DNA of 64,000 bases. It comes from a virus. This document shows positions 37,788-46,435 of this stretch, piece by piece (position 1 is the first letter of the stretch; the number at the start of each line of letters is the position of its first letter). The position numbers and the translations under genes were made by a program. A model generated the notes under the pieces. That model was not told where the DNA came from. It saw nothing but the letters and a program-made list of their open reading frames with translations, and did not search any database. Location of the stretch: the IMG/VR virus record IMGVR_UViG_3300045971_000208, positions 4,676-68,675 of that record. One strand, given 5' to 3'.

Positions 37788-38402
37788 ATGCATCTTTCCT
37801 TTCCAGCAAATAAACAGATAGAATTAAGCTTTAAAGTTGGTATTGCTGGAACATCAAGTGTTCCGCAGTCAGTTCAAATCGTGTTAGAAAAAAATTCGAT
37901 TGCCTTAGCATTTTCAGCTAGCAGTCACGGTGATATGTGGACTGCCATTATTGACAGCCCAGGCACGACATTTGGTACTGGTCAAGTCAAAATGAGCGTT
38001 AACGTTTTGCTTAACAGTAAGCTGTTTACTCCAATGAAAGGCACTGCTGATATAACTGCAGATGCTGAAAGTGAAGAACCTTTAAGTGCAGAAGAGCAAG
38101 TAGAACTTTCTTCTACAGCAGAACAAGTTGTTCCTGACGATGCAGAAGAATTGGCTACATCTAAAGAAAATCCACCAGTTCAGCTAGGAGCTAAAGATAT
38201 AAGGGAATTATTCCTAGCTGCTAAAAAGGCACCTGTTACAGAAAAAGTAGAAGTAGTCGTTCGTCCTATGAAGATGCAACTTCTTAAGTCTATTGAACCT
38301 GGTTCTACTAAGCCGAAAGTAGTAAAAGTGATAGAATCTACGATTGCTAGACAACCCGAGTCACTTTTTAAGCTCAAAAAGTCAAAAATAGTGTACAAAT
38401 AA
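37788..38402 (+). CDS. hypothetical protein
   Basis: AAGG SD. Confidence 0.75.
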   Translation: MHLSFPANKQIELSFKVGIAGTSSVPQSVQIVLEKNSIALAFSASSHGDMWTAIIDSPGTTFGTGQVKMSVNVLLNSKLFTPMKGTADITADAESEEPLSAEEQVELSSTAEQVVPDDAEELATSKENPPVQLGAKDIRELFLAAKKAPVTEKVEVVVRPMKMQLLKSIEPGSTKPKVVKVIESTIARQPESLFKLKKSKIVYK

Positions 38403-38406
38403 GCAT

Positions 38407-38458
38407 AAAACAGTGTACTTTTAACCTGAATCAGTGTATAATTACTTATCAGGTTAAA
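38407..38458 (+). promoter_or_regulatory. early promoter with inverted box (AACCTG)
   Basis: TGTACT 38414-38419, 17 nt, TATAAT 38437-38442, then TACTTATC as in other copies. Confidence 0.8.
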
Positions 38459-38474
38459 GAAAGTAAGGTTCAGT

Positions 38475-38909
38475 ATGTTTATTCTAGCTTTTTATGCATT
38501 TGCTCCAGCAGTCGTAATGTACTTAATTGGGCTTCGTAAGCCAATTCTGTTTTATCTTGCGCTCCTTATCATAATTGCTGTTCTTGTTGTTGGTATTGTT
38601 ACCGGTTTGCTTTGGTCATTCTTTTTTGTGCCAAATGATTATTGGCACAGCATGGAAGCAGATTTTCCTAAGTTCTGGTTTACTTGGGTAATTAATAACG
38701 CTGATCAAAGTGCAGGAACATTATGGTATATTCTTGCTGCTCCTTATGTTCTAGTTGCTGATTTCTTCCGCTTCTATTTCTACCTCAATGTTTTCCACGG
38801 TTCTATTCCACTTTATCTTGCTGAATCTATTACATGGTGGTGGATTTTAGTACATGGTATGCTCGCATTCCGTATAGTTGGTTTCAAACGAGAAGTAGCA
38901 GAAGGTTAA
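38475..38909 (+). CDS. membrane protein
   Basis: Several hydrophobic helices; has its own promoter and terminator. Confidence 0.8.
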   Translation: MFILAFYAFAPAVVMYLIGLRKPILFYLALLIIIAVLVVGIVTGLLWSFFFVPNDYWHSMEADFPKFWFTWVINNADQSAGTLWYILAAPYVLVADFFRFYFYLNVFHGSIPLYLAESITWWWILVHGMLAFRIVGFKREVAEG

Positions 38910-38930
38910 TTGAATTAAATTTCACGATAT

Positions 38931-38955
38931 GAAAAGGCTCCTAGCGGGCCTTTTC
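38931..38955 (+). terminator. intrinsic terminator (possibly bidirectional)
   Basis: GAAAAGGCTC-CTAGC-GGGCCTTTTC. Confidence 0.8.
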
Positions 38956-38977
38956 GCTGTTTCGGAGTAAATAAGTA

Positions 38978-39448
38978 ATGGATAATAAAGCCTATAACGT
39001 CATCACACTTACCCATCTCACGCCAGAATGGTGCGATAGAGATATGGTAATGTTCCACGCGATGTTTCAAGTCTTAGTTGACTTCGTGGAACTCGAACAC
39101 CCCTTTACTTTCGATTTTGACATGACTGAGCGCATGACGGATAAAGGTGTTATGCTTGCAAAAATTGAAGAGATGAAGCGTCAAGAATATGTTGAGGCAC
39201 ATTATTACTATTCAAATATTAGAGACGAAGATAAGTTGGTAGCAAATGTCGAAGCATTAAACCATGCATTTCGAATGGAAGAGATATTTAATCTCTATAA
39301 CTGGTATACATCCAAATTATACGATCTACCAGATGCACACTACGAATTACCTGTGGAGCAAATGATGAAGACAGAAGATGAACACACAAATACTATCAAC
39401 CATATGCTGCAGCGGGTTTTGAACGTCAGACAATACTTATGGACATAG
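38978..39448 (+). CDS. hypothetical protein
   Basis: GGAG SD; W.D.D..M.HA.FQ.LVDFVE pattern. Confidence 0.75.
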   Translation: MDNKAYNVITLTHLTPEWCDRDMVMFHAMFQVLVDFVELEHPFTFDFDMTERMTDKGVMLAKIEEMKRQEYVEAHYYYSNIRDEDKLVANVEALNHAFRMEEIFNLYNWYTSKLYDLPDAHYELPVEQMMKTEDEHTNTINHMLQRVLNVRQYLWT

Positions 39449-40092
39449 CTATGAAGAACTACCTTGAAAATGCAGATGGGAGCAGAGTAGATTTTAATGA
39501 TATATCATTGGAGTCTCTTGGCTCCCATATGTTATTTGGGGGAGTAGATAATGAAACTATTAGAGAGTCTGTGGGATTTATTCTTAAAGCTAACCAAATA
39601 TTCCAGCCGACCAGAGATATTAGTCTGTTTATCAATACTATTGGTGGGGATTGCTACGACGGCTTTGCTCTTATTGATGTTATGGCTATATCGAAAATGG
39701 ACATCAAGACGATAGGTCTTGGAAACATTTTATCAATGGGTGTTTTAATCCTGTGCGCTGGCACAAAAGGTAAACGCTACATGACAAAGAACACTCAAGT
39801 TATGGCTCATCAGTTCTATGATGATGTTGGTGGTAAGTTCCACGAAATCGCTTCAGCCTATAAAGCTAACTTATATCTTGAACAGCAGTTCATACAGCAC
39901 TTCAAAACTCACACCTCTATGAATGAAAAGCAAATCAAAGAGGTGTTGTTTGGGCCTTCAGACAGATGGTTGTCGCCTTCAGAGTGCAAGAAGTTCGGAC
40001 TTATTGACCATATTATAGACGAACTGCCAGACTTTAATAAGGGTCATCAGACTCCATCGACTTCATCGAAATCAGGACGTCGAGCTCATTAA
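39439..40092 (+). CDS. clpP: ClpP-like protease subunit
   Basis: LFINTIGG, SMG (catalytic Ser), AG.KGKR, MAHQ, D.WL...GLID motifs. Confidence 0.9.
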   Translation: MDIAMKNYLENADGSRVDFNDISLESLGSHMLFGGVDNETIRESVGFILKANQIFQPTRDISLFINTIGGDCYDGFALIDVMAISKMDIKTIGLGNILSMGVLILCAGTKGKRYMTKNTQVMAHQFYDDVGGKFHEIASAYKANLYLEQQFIQHFKTHTSMNEKQIKEVLFGPSDRWLSPSECKKFGLIDHIIDELPDFNKGHQTPSTSSKSGRRAH

Positions 40093-40243
40093 TAAATTTG
40101 AGATATTGGTTAGCAAATGAAGCATCAATGCGACGCATGGCATAGTACTTTTCATTCATAAGATGCTTAACATCCATCAATTGAATTACTGACATATCCC
40201 GCCACTCATTTTTAGGTGGTATTATTTTTTCTTCTGTCGCCAT
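40034..40243 (-). CDS. hypothetical protein
   Basis: AGGAG SD and GTAAATA on the minus strand. Confidence 0.65.
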   Translation of the reverse strand: MATEEKIIPPKNEWRDMSVIQLMDVKHLMNEKYYAMRRIDASFANQYLKFINELDVLISMKSMESDDPY

Positions 40244-40300
40244 ATGTTATCTCCTATCATTTATTTACTGATTACCAATCGTGAAAAGCTGGTGGGCAAC

Positions 40301-40308
40301 TATAAATA
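40301..40308 (+). promoter_or_regulatory. T4-type late promoter
   Basis: TATAAATA. Confidence 0.8.
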
Positions 40309-40346
40309 AATCATAACAATGCAGATGTTCAAACATAGGGAACACA

Positions 40347-40739
40347 ATGAGACTTAATGAAATCAAACAGGTAAATGTAGGCGAGTACGATCTCAAGGAA
40401 GGTGTTATTCCTACACATATTTCCATGACATTAGAACAGGTCATAACTGCAGGCAAAATCACAAACAGCGTTCAAAACTTTATCATGGCTGGTTTGATCA
40501 GCATGTTCAAAGATGGCGGCCCTTCTCGTTGGCCTCGTGATCTTAATTCTTATTCCATGGCAACAAGTTCAGATCTAGTAGAAGCAGTTAAGCTTTTATC
40601 AGCTAATGAATCGGTTGAACTTGCAGGCTGGTTGTTACAACAACTGGCAAACCCAGCATCCTTTGAATCTAATACGTTTTGCAATAATACAATGCAGACA
40701 AATGAATGGGTTCGTTGGGTATTGAAACGACAAGAATAA
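40347..40739 (+). CDS. putative head-associated protein
   Basis: MRLNEI N-terminus; late promoter upstream. Confidence 0.65.
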   Translation: MRLNEIKQVNVGEYDLKEGVIPTHISMTLEQVITAGKITNSVQNFIMAGLISMFKDGGPSRWPRDLNSYSMATSSDLVEAVKLLSANESVELAGWLLQQLANPASFESNTFCNNTMQTNEWVRWVLKRQE

Positions 40740-40845
40740 ATTCCAGAAACAATTTTAACTTAAGAAAGGAGTGTTACCCTCAATAGATGAACATTGCCCG
40801 GTGATTGACTTTTATCAACCAAAATTTTAATTAAGGAGATCCTTA

Positions 40846-41661
40846 ATGACAACTAAGCGTAAGCAACGCTATCCACAGCCCGTTCCTGAAACAACAGCGG
40901 GCGCAAAAGTCAAAGTCAGACAACAACTCAAGCCTAAGAATTTTACGCAAGAGATGTATCTAGAATCCCTCCAAGAACAGCTCCTTACGATATGTAGCGG
41001 TCCAGCTGGTTCAGGAAAAACCTACCTCGTTACGCACGTCGCTGTCCAAAAGCTCATCAACAATGAAGTTGATAAGATCGTCCTTACGCGCCCCGTAGTC
41101 GAAGCCGGTGAACACTTGGGATTCTTGCCTGGCACGTTAGAAGAGAAGCTAGATCCATATCTGCTTCCACTTATGGATGCTTTAGAAGACCACGTAGGTC
41201 CTACTATGGCTAAGAAGTTGGTTGAAGCTGGAAAGATTGAGGTGGCACCACTGGCCTTTATGAGAGGTCGGACATTTAACAATGCATTCGTTATTCTTGA
41301 CGAAGCGCAAAATTCAACAGTGGAACAAATTAGAATGTTTGTTACACGACAAGGGTACGATAGCATTTTTGCTATCAATGGTGACTTGAGTCAAACTGAC
41401 TTACAGAAGCCGAGAGATGCTGGAGCTGACTGGGAGAACGGGCTTCAGTACATTATTAGAAAACTTAAGGGGAGGGACGCAAGTATCAACTATATAGAAT
41501 TCCTAAACAGAGACGTTGTTAGATCGGCAATGGTTCAGCGAATCCTTACTTTGCTAGACGCACCTGAACCCCGCAAATCTGCTGAAAAACCTGCAAGGGT
41601 TAACGGCGCTAGACACAGCTTCATAGACGAGCCTGAGGGTATCGCACTACATTCTGCGTAG
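40846..41661 (+). CDS. phoH: PhoH-family ATPase
   Basis: GPAGSGKT, LGFLPG, FMRGRTF, ILDEAQN, GD..Q.D and DVVRS motifs. Confidence 0.96.
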   Translation: MTTKRKQRYPQPVPETTAGAKVKVRQQLKPKNFTQEMYLESLQEQLLTICSGPAGSGKTYLVTHVAVQKLINNEVDKIVLTRPVVEAGEHLGFLPGTLEEKLDPYLLPLMDALEDHVGPTMAKKLVEAGKIEVAPLAFMRGRTFNNAFVILDEAQNSTVEQIRMFVTRQGYDSIFAINGDLSQTDLQKPRDAGADWENGLQYIIRKLKGRDASINYIEFLNRDVVRSAMVQRILTLLDAPEPRKSAEKPARVNGARHSFIDEPEGIALHSA

Positions 41662-41679
41662 AGCACATCATCAATAGAC

Positions 41680-41711
41680 CTGGGCCGATTTCAAAGGAGG
41701 GATCGGCCCAG
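41680..41711 (+). terminator. GC-rich hairpin after phoH
   Basis: CTGGGCCGAT...ATCGGCCCAG; no clear U-tract. Confidence 0.55.
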
Positions 41712-41718
41712 CGTTCTG

Positions 41719-41726
41719 TATAAATA
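41719..41726 (+). promoter_or_regulatory. T4-type late promoter
   Basis: TATAAATA. Confidence 0.8.
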
Positions 41727-41737
41727 TAAGCTATAAG

Positions 41738-41807
41738 CTTATACAACTAAACCGGAATGTTGGATAAGTATTTTACCTAGTGACCCGGCACTATGGAGAC
41801 ACTATGA
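41738..41807 (+). promoter_or_regulatory. structured 5' leader (double hairpin with CCGG loops), copy A
   Basis: Stem CTTATACAAC/GTTGGATAAG with loop TAAACCGGAAT; stem TAGTG/CACTA with loop ACCCGG, next to the SD. Confidence 0.7.
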
Positions 41808-44203
41808 CTTATATTGTAAATTGGGCTAGCAAGAATGCGCAAGGCATTCTTGGGAAGTTGCCTATTGTTCTAGTAGATAAAACAATAGACAACACAAGCA
41901 CCTCATTAGCGCTTACCGGCAAAGCCGTTACTAACTATGGTGAAATTCAGCAGACCAATTTTCTCCAATTGCTAGAAAACTTTACATCTAATATTGCACC
42001 ATTACATCCAACTATTGGTCAATTATGGTTTTGCAATCTAGATTCGACACTTTATCTATGCGTCAATCCTTTAAACACCCTACCAATTGCGATGGGCGGG
42101 CCAACAATTTATTTTGCGTCAGGCGGACTGGGCTGGATTAGAGTAAGTTCAAGCTCTGTAGCTGACGTTATTACAGCTATTGGATATACACCATACCCAT
42201 CAACAAACCCAGCACAATACATTACCGCATCTCAGGCACCAGTCCAATCTGTTACTGTGGCACCGGCAATGTCGGGCATTGTTTCTGTATCAACTGGGCA
42301 ATACCCAACGATAACTATTAACCAGTCTACTGCATCAGTTAGTGGTTACTTAAGTTATACAGACTGGGGTATATTTAATGCCAAGGTTACATCTGTTACT
42401 GCTAGTAGTCCAGTCGTTTCTTCTGGTGGAAAAACTCCAAATATCTCATTAGCACTTGCAACTACTGGTGTTGATGGATATTTAAGTGGAGCTGATTGGG
42501 CAGTATTTAATGCCAAAATTTCTGCAGTTAGTGTCAGCAGTCCGCTTCAATCTTCAGGTGGTAAGTCTCCAAATATATCTATCCCGCCCTCATCTGCGCA
42601 AGCTGATGGATTTTTAACTGGCGGCGATTGGGGATTATTTAATGCGAAGGTAACGTCTGTAAGTGGAACAGGACCAATCGTTTCTTCAGGTGGTAAGACA
42701 CCTGCTATTTCGATTCCTCAAGCCACATCAGCTGTTGACGGATTTTTATCGCATTTAGATTGGTCAGCATTTAATGCTAAACAACCAGCACTTGGATATT
42801 CGCCTGTTGATCGGGCAGGCGATTCGATGTCGAATTTTTTAACACTTCACGCTAAGCCTACATTACCGCTACATGCGGCAACAAAATCATATGTTGATGA
42901 TATGGCTACTACTGATATATCAAATGCTAATACATATGCTAACACGGTTGGGTCAAATACATTAACTTCATCTAAAGCATATACTGACACTGTTGCTACA
43001 AGTACGCTATCTTCAGCTAATTCATATTCGAATACAGTTGGTTCAAATACGTTATCTTCAGCTAATACATATTCTAACACAGTTGGTTCAAATACATTAG
43101 CTTCATCTAAAACATATACTGACACTGTTGCTTCAAGTACATTATCAAGCGCTAATACTTATACAAATAATACTGCCTCAAGTACGCTATCTAGCGCTAA
43201 TGCATTTTCTAATACTGTCGGAACAAATATTCTATCAAGTGCTAATACTTATACAAATAATACTGCCTCAAGTACGTTATCTAGCGCTAATACTTACGCG
43301 GCAGCGGCAGCAGCGGCAGCTACAACGACTGTAACTACAGCAGAGACAAATAATGCTTGGTTCCAGTTGATGGCAACAACACTGTCAACAGGACCAGTAG
43401 CTCAAGCACTGGTCGATCCTCACCTTGTATTTCAGCCTTCAACTGGTAATTTGTGGTCATCACAAATTACCACGCCAAAGGCCACCCTCAACCGAATACT
43501 TTTAGGTGATGGCTCTGCTACTACACCATCATTAGCTTTTGTAAGTGACACTGGACAAGATACAGGTTTTTATTGGGAAAGTGATGGTATCATAAGTTTT
43601 GCAGCAAATGGCGTTAAAGCGGGTATGATATATGGGCCCCATTTACAAATGGTTGGAACAATCAGTGGTAATGCTGTTGTTGCACCTACTCAAGCGACTT
43701 CTGATAGTTCAACAAATATGGCAACTACAGCATTTGTACATAATGCAATTGCAGCCGCGCCAGCACCAACAACTCTTACTGTATCGACTTCAGCACCAGC
43801 GTCACCAGTATCGGGCGCAATGTGGTATGATATTGGCGCGACAGGCCGAACATACGTTTGGACAGGGTATGAGTGGGTTGATGCATCTCCTGCTGGTGCT
43901 GGGTCTGGTGCTGGTGTAGGCTCATCAGGGCAAGTATGGCAAGCAGTTTCTAGAGGCAAGGACACTACTTATACTAATAGTACCGGAAAAGCAATTGCTG
44001 TGTCTGTTGCATTTGCATCAGGTGGCGGTCCCGCATGGACATATTATGTTATAGTAGGTGGCATCGTTATTATAAATGGTGGCCAATCTGACACTACCAA
44101 CGGCGGAACTGCATTCCCACTATCATTCATAGTTCCAGATGGGAAAACTTATCTGGTACATACGAGTGTAAACAATATCTATGTGTGGGCTGAATTACGT
44201 TAA
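41804..44203 (+). CDS. fibre protein (receptor-binding candidate)
   Basis: GGAG SD before ATG 41804; N-terminal anchor domain shared with 44576; 44-aa and 11-aa repeats. Confidence 0.85.
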   Translation: MTYIVNWASKNAQGILGKLPIVLVDKTIDNTSTSLALTGKAVTNYGEIQQTNFLQLLENFTSNIAPLHPTIGQLWFCNLDSTLYLCVNPLNTLPIAMGGPTIYFASGGLGWIRVSSSSVADVITAIGYTPYPSTNPAQYITASQAPVQSVTVAPAMSGIVSVSTGQYPTITINQSTASVSGYLSYTDWGIFNAKVTSVTASSPVVSSGGKTPNISLALATTGVDGYLSGADWAVFNAKISAVSVSSPLQSSGGKSPNISIPPSSAQADGFLTGGDWGLFNAKVTSVSGTGPIVSSGGKTPAISIPQATSAVDGFLSHLDWSAFNAKQPALGYSPVDRAGDSMSNFLTLHAKPTLPLHAATKSYVDDMATTDISNANTYANTVGSNTLTSSKAYTDTVATSTLSSANSYSNTVGSNTLSSANTYSNTVGSNTLASSKTYTDTVASSTLSSANTYTNNTASSTLSSANAFSNTVGTNILSSANTYTNNTASSTLSSANTYAAAAAAAATTTVTTAETNNAWFQLMATTLSTGPVAQALVDPHLVFQPSTGNLWSSQITTPKATLNRILLGDGSATTPSLAFVSDTGQDTGFYWESDGIISFAANGVKAGMIYGPHLQMVGTISGNAVVAPTQATSDSSTNMATTAFVHNAIAAAPAPTTLTVSTSAPASPVSGAMWYDIGATGRTYVWTGYEWVDASPAGAGSGAGVGSSGQVWQAVSRGKDTTYTNSTGKAIAVSVAFASGGGPAWTYYVIVGGIVIINGGQSDTTNGGTAFPLSFIVPDGKTYLVHTSVNNIYVWAELR
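42344..42783 (+). repeat. 132-nt (44-aa) tandem repeats G(Y/F)L...DW..FNAK
   Basis: Three full units plus one partial, starting at 42344, 42476, 42608 and 42740. Confidence 0.85.
42923..43297 (+). repeat. 33-nt (11-aa) hendecad repeats SANTY(T/S)(N/D)
   Basis: About 11 units, e.g. TLSSANTYTNN and TLASSKTYTDT. Confidence 0.85.
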
Positions 44204-44215
44204 TCTGGAATAAAA

Positions 44216-44500
44216 ATGAAACACTACATATCTCCAACTAATGAACTATATGCTTATGAAGAAGATGGTTCACAGGATAATTTAATACCATCTAACTTTA
44301 CACTCATAACTAAAGCAGAGGCAGATGCTAGGCAGATGCCACAGCTTTCGGGCAATGATTTAATTAAGTTGCAGATTTATAATTTAGAAGCAACAATTAC
44401 TCCACGTAGACTTCGCGAAGCTACTTTGTCCCCCGATGGATTAGCCTGGCTAACAACAGTTGATGCGCAAATTGCTGCACTCAGAGCACAGTTAGTGTAG
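44216..44500 (+). CDS. fibre assembly/chaperone-like protein
   Basis: YAYE.DGSQD...I..LEA..TPRRLREA pattern; follows the fibre gene. Confidence 0.7.
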   Translation: MKHYISPTNELYAYEEDGSQDNLIPSNFTLITKAEADARQMPQLSGNDLIKLQIYNLEATITPRRLREATLSPDGLAWLTTVDAQIAALRAQLV

Positions 44501-44512
44501 AAACATTTAAGC

Positions 44513-44579
44513 ATGTTTAGCTTAACCGGATGCTAAACATATTTTCACCTAGTGAACCGGCACTATGGAGACACTATGA
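44513..44579 (+). promoter_or_regulatory. structured 5' leader (double hairpin with CCGG loops), copy B
   Basis: Stem ATGTTTAGC/GCTAAACAT with loop TTAACCGGAT; stem TAGTG/CACTA with loop AACCGG. Confidence 0.7.
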
Positions 44580-46381
44580 CTTATTACGTTAGATGGAGCA
44601 GCAATGCTCCGCAAATTGCGCAGGGTATAGCCGGCAAAACCCCCATTACGCTCTTAGATAAAACCATCGACACTACTAGTACTTCTCTAGTGCTTACTGG
44701 TAAAGGTGTATCAAATTATGGCGAAATTCAGCAAGATAACTTCGTTAGAATAATGGAGCATTTTGCTTCTAATGTCCCGCCTCCACACCCAACTATTGGC
44801 CAACTATGGTTTAATAGTGCTGACTCATCTTTGTATTTGTGCGCCAACCCGACAACCACACTCGCCCCAGCATCTGGCGGGCCTACTGTTTATTTTGCTA
44901 GTGCTGGGTTGGGTTGGGTTAGAGCTAGTGCAAGCTCGAAAGCTGATGTAACAGCTGCTATTGGGTATGTACCATATAATGCTACTACAAATTTATCGGG
45001 ATATGTCAATGCAGCTCAAGCTTCTACTGCTGCACCAGTTCAATCTGTTGCAGGACATACTGGAACGGTTACTCTAACACCTACCGATATTGGAGGTCTT
45101 GCAGCATACGTTGCAACTAGTTCAGCAGTAACATCAGTAAATGGTAAAACTGGCACCGTAGTTCTTACTACTGCAGATTTAGGAGCAACCACTGCAACAA
45201 CAACATTATCTGGCCCATTAATTCTCGCAAACAACCCAATTGACCCAATGGGTGCTGCTACTAAGGCATATGCAGACTCATTGATTATGTCGGGCCCAAC
45301 TGGTCCACAGGGACCACAAGGCATTCAAGGTTTAGTTGGAAATCCTGGTGCAACTGGGCCTGCAGGGCCAATTGGCAATACTGGCAACAATGGTGCAACT
45401 GGACCAGCTGGTCCAACTGGTAACACTGGACCAGCTGGACCGCAGGGAGCGACAGGCCCACAGGGCATTCAGGGACCAGCTGGACCAACTGGAGCGACCG
45501 GTCCAACTGGACCTACCGGTAATACAGGTTTAACTGGACCACAAGGGCCACAAGGTATTCAGGGGGTGGCTGGTACAGCTGGCGCAGCTGGCGCACCGGG
45601 AGCGACTGGCGCAACTGGCCCAATGGGACCAGCTGGTGCATCTGGTTCTAACCCTACTACGTCTGGTGTATTGGCTGCTATTGGGTATACCCCATATGAT
45701 GCTGCTAATCCAACCGGTTTTATTACGACTGGCGGCCGGGCGTATCCACGTAAAGCTGATGGTGGCGATATCAATTTTAGCTGGGCGGGTCAAACTGGTC
45801 AGCCAACTTGGTTGTGGGGCGGCAATTCGGCAAATGATGGTGTTAACATGGTCGTTTACAACCCATCAAACTTTAATGTTAGCCATGCGGTATCAGCTAA
45901 TTCTGCTGTATTATTAACTGGGCCTGCAGCTACAAATGGAACTGATGGATGGTTTAGAAGTGATGGTGATTCAGGATGGTACAGCACCACGTATGGTGCT
46001 GGCATTTATTCAACTGGTGCTGGATTAGTTCAGACATATAATGGATCATCATTTAAATCTCAAGGTTACATTACAGCAGTTGGTGACGTAACAGCTTTCT
46101 CTGATGAAAGATTAAAAACTAACTGGCAAGATTTACCAGTTAATTTTGTGGAACAGCTTTCTGGAGTAAAGGTTGGTATCTATGATAGGCTTGATGTTAA
46201 ATCAACGCAGGTAGGTGTATCAGCTCAGTCGCTTCAAGCAGTTATGCCTAATGCTGTAATAACAAATGACGATGATTTCTTATCTGTAGCTTATGGTAAT
46301 GCAGCTTTAGCTGCATGCATCATGTTGGCTAAGGAAGTTCAAGAACTCAAGGCAAAAATAGCTATCTTGGAAGCAAAATAA
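44576..46381 (+). CDS. collagen-like fibre protein with C-terminal intramolecular chaperone (peptidase S74)
   Basis: N-terminal domain shared with 41804; 40 GxY triplets; SDERLK...GVSAQ...V.Y motif. Confidence 0.88.
   Translation: MTYYVRWSSNAPQIAQGIAGKTPITLLDKTIDTTSTSLVLTGKGVSNYGEIQQDNFVRIMEHFASNVPPPHPTIGQLWFNSADSSLYLCANPTTTLAPASGGPTVYFASAGLGWVRASASSKADVTAAIGYVPYNATTNLSGYVNAAQASTAAPVQSVAGHTGTVTLTPTDIGGLAAYVATSSAVTSVNGKTGTVVLTTADLGATTATTTLSGPLILANNPIDPMGAATKAYADSLIMSGPTGPQGPQGIQGLVGNPGATGPAGPIGNTGNNGATGPAGPTGNTGPAGPQGATGPQGIQGPAGPTGATGPTGPTGNTGLTGPQGPQGIQGVAGTAGAAGAPGATGATGPMGPAGASGSNPTTSGVLAAIGYTPYDAANPTGFITTGGRAYPRKADGGDINFSWAGQTGQPTWLWGGNSANDGVNMVVYNPSNFNVSHAVSANSAVLLTGPAATNGTDGWFRSDGDSGWYSTTYGAGIYSTGAGLVQTYNGSSFKSQGYITAVGDVTAFSDERLKTNWQDLPVNFVEQLSGVKVGIYDRLDVKSTQVGVSAQSLQAVMPNAVITNDDDFLSVAYGNAALAACIMLAKEVQELKAKIAILEAK
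45293..45652 (+). repeat. collagen Gly-X-Y repeat (40 triplets)
   Basis: Counted from the translation. Confidence 0.9.
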
Positions 46382-46421
46382 CTGTTTACTTTAGGCAGGT
46401 TATAGGTTATAATAACCTATC
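46375..46421 (+). promoter_or_regulatory. early promoter, CAGGTT type
   Basis: TTTACT 46385-46390, 17 nt, TATAAT 46408-46413. Confidence 0.85.
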
Positions 46422-46435
46422 TAAAGGAAAACAGT

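Noticed and set aside
41780-41803. GTG starts giving MTRHYGDT/MNRHYGDT N-termini (41780, 44552)
   Set aside because: The GGAG SD is placed for ATG 41804 and 44576; the shared sequence is better explained as the conserved RNA leader.
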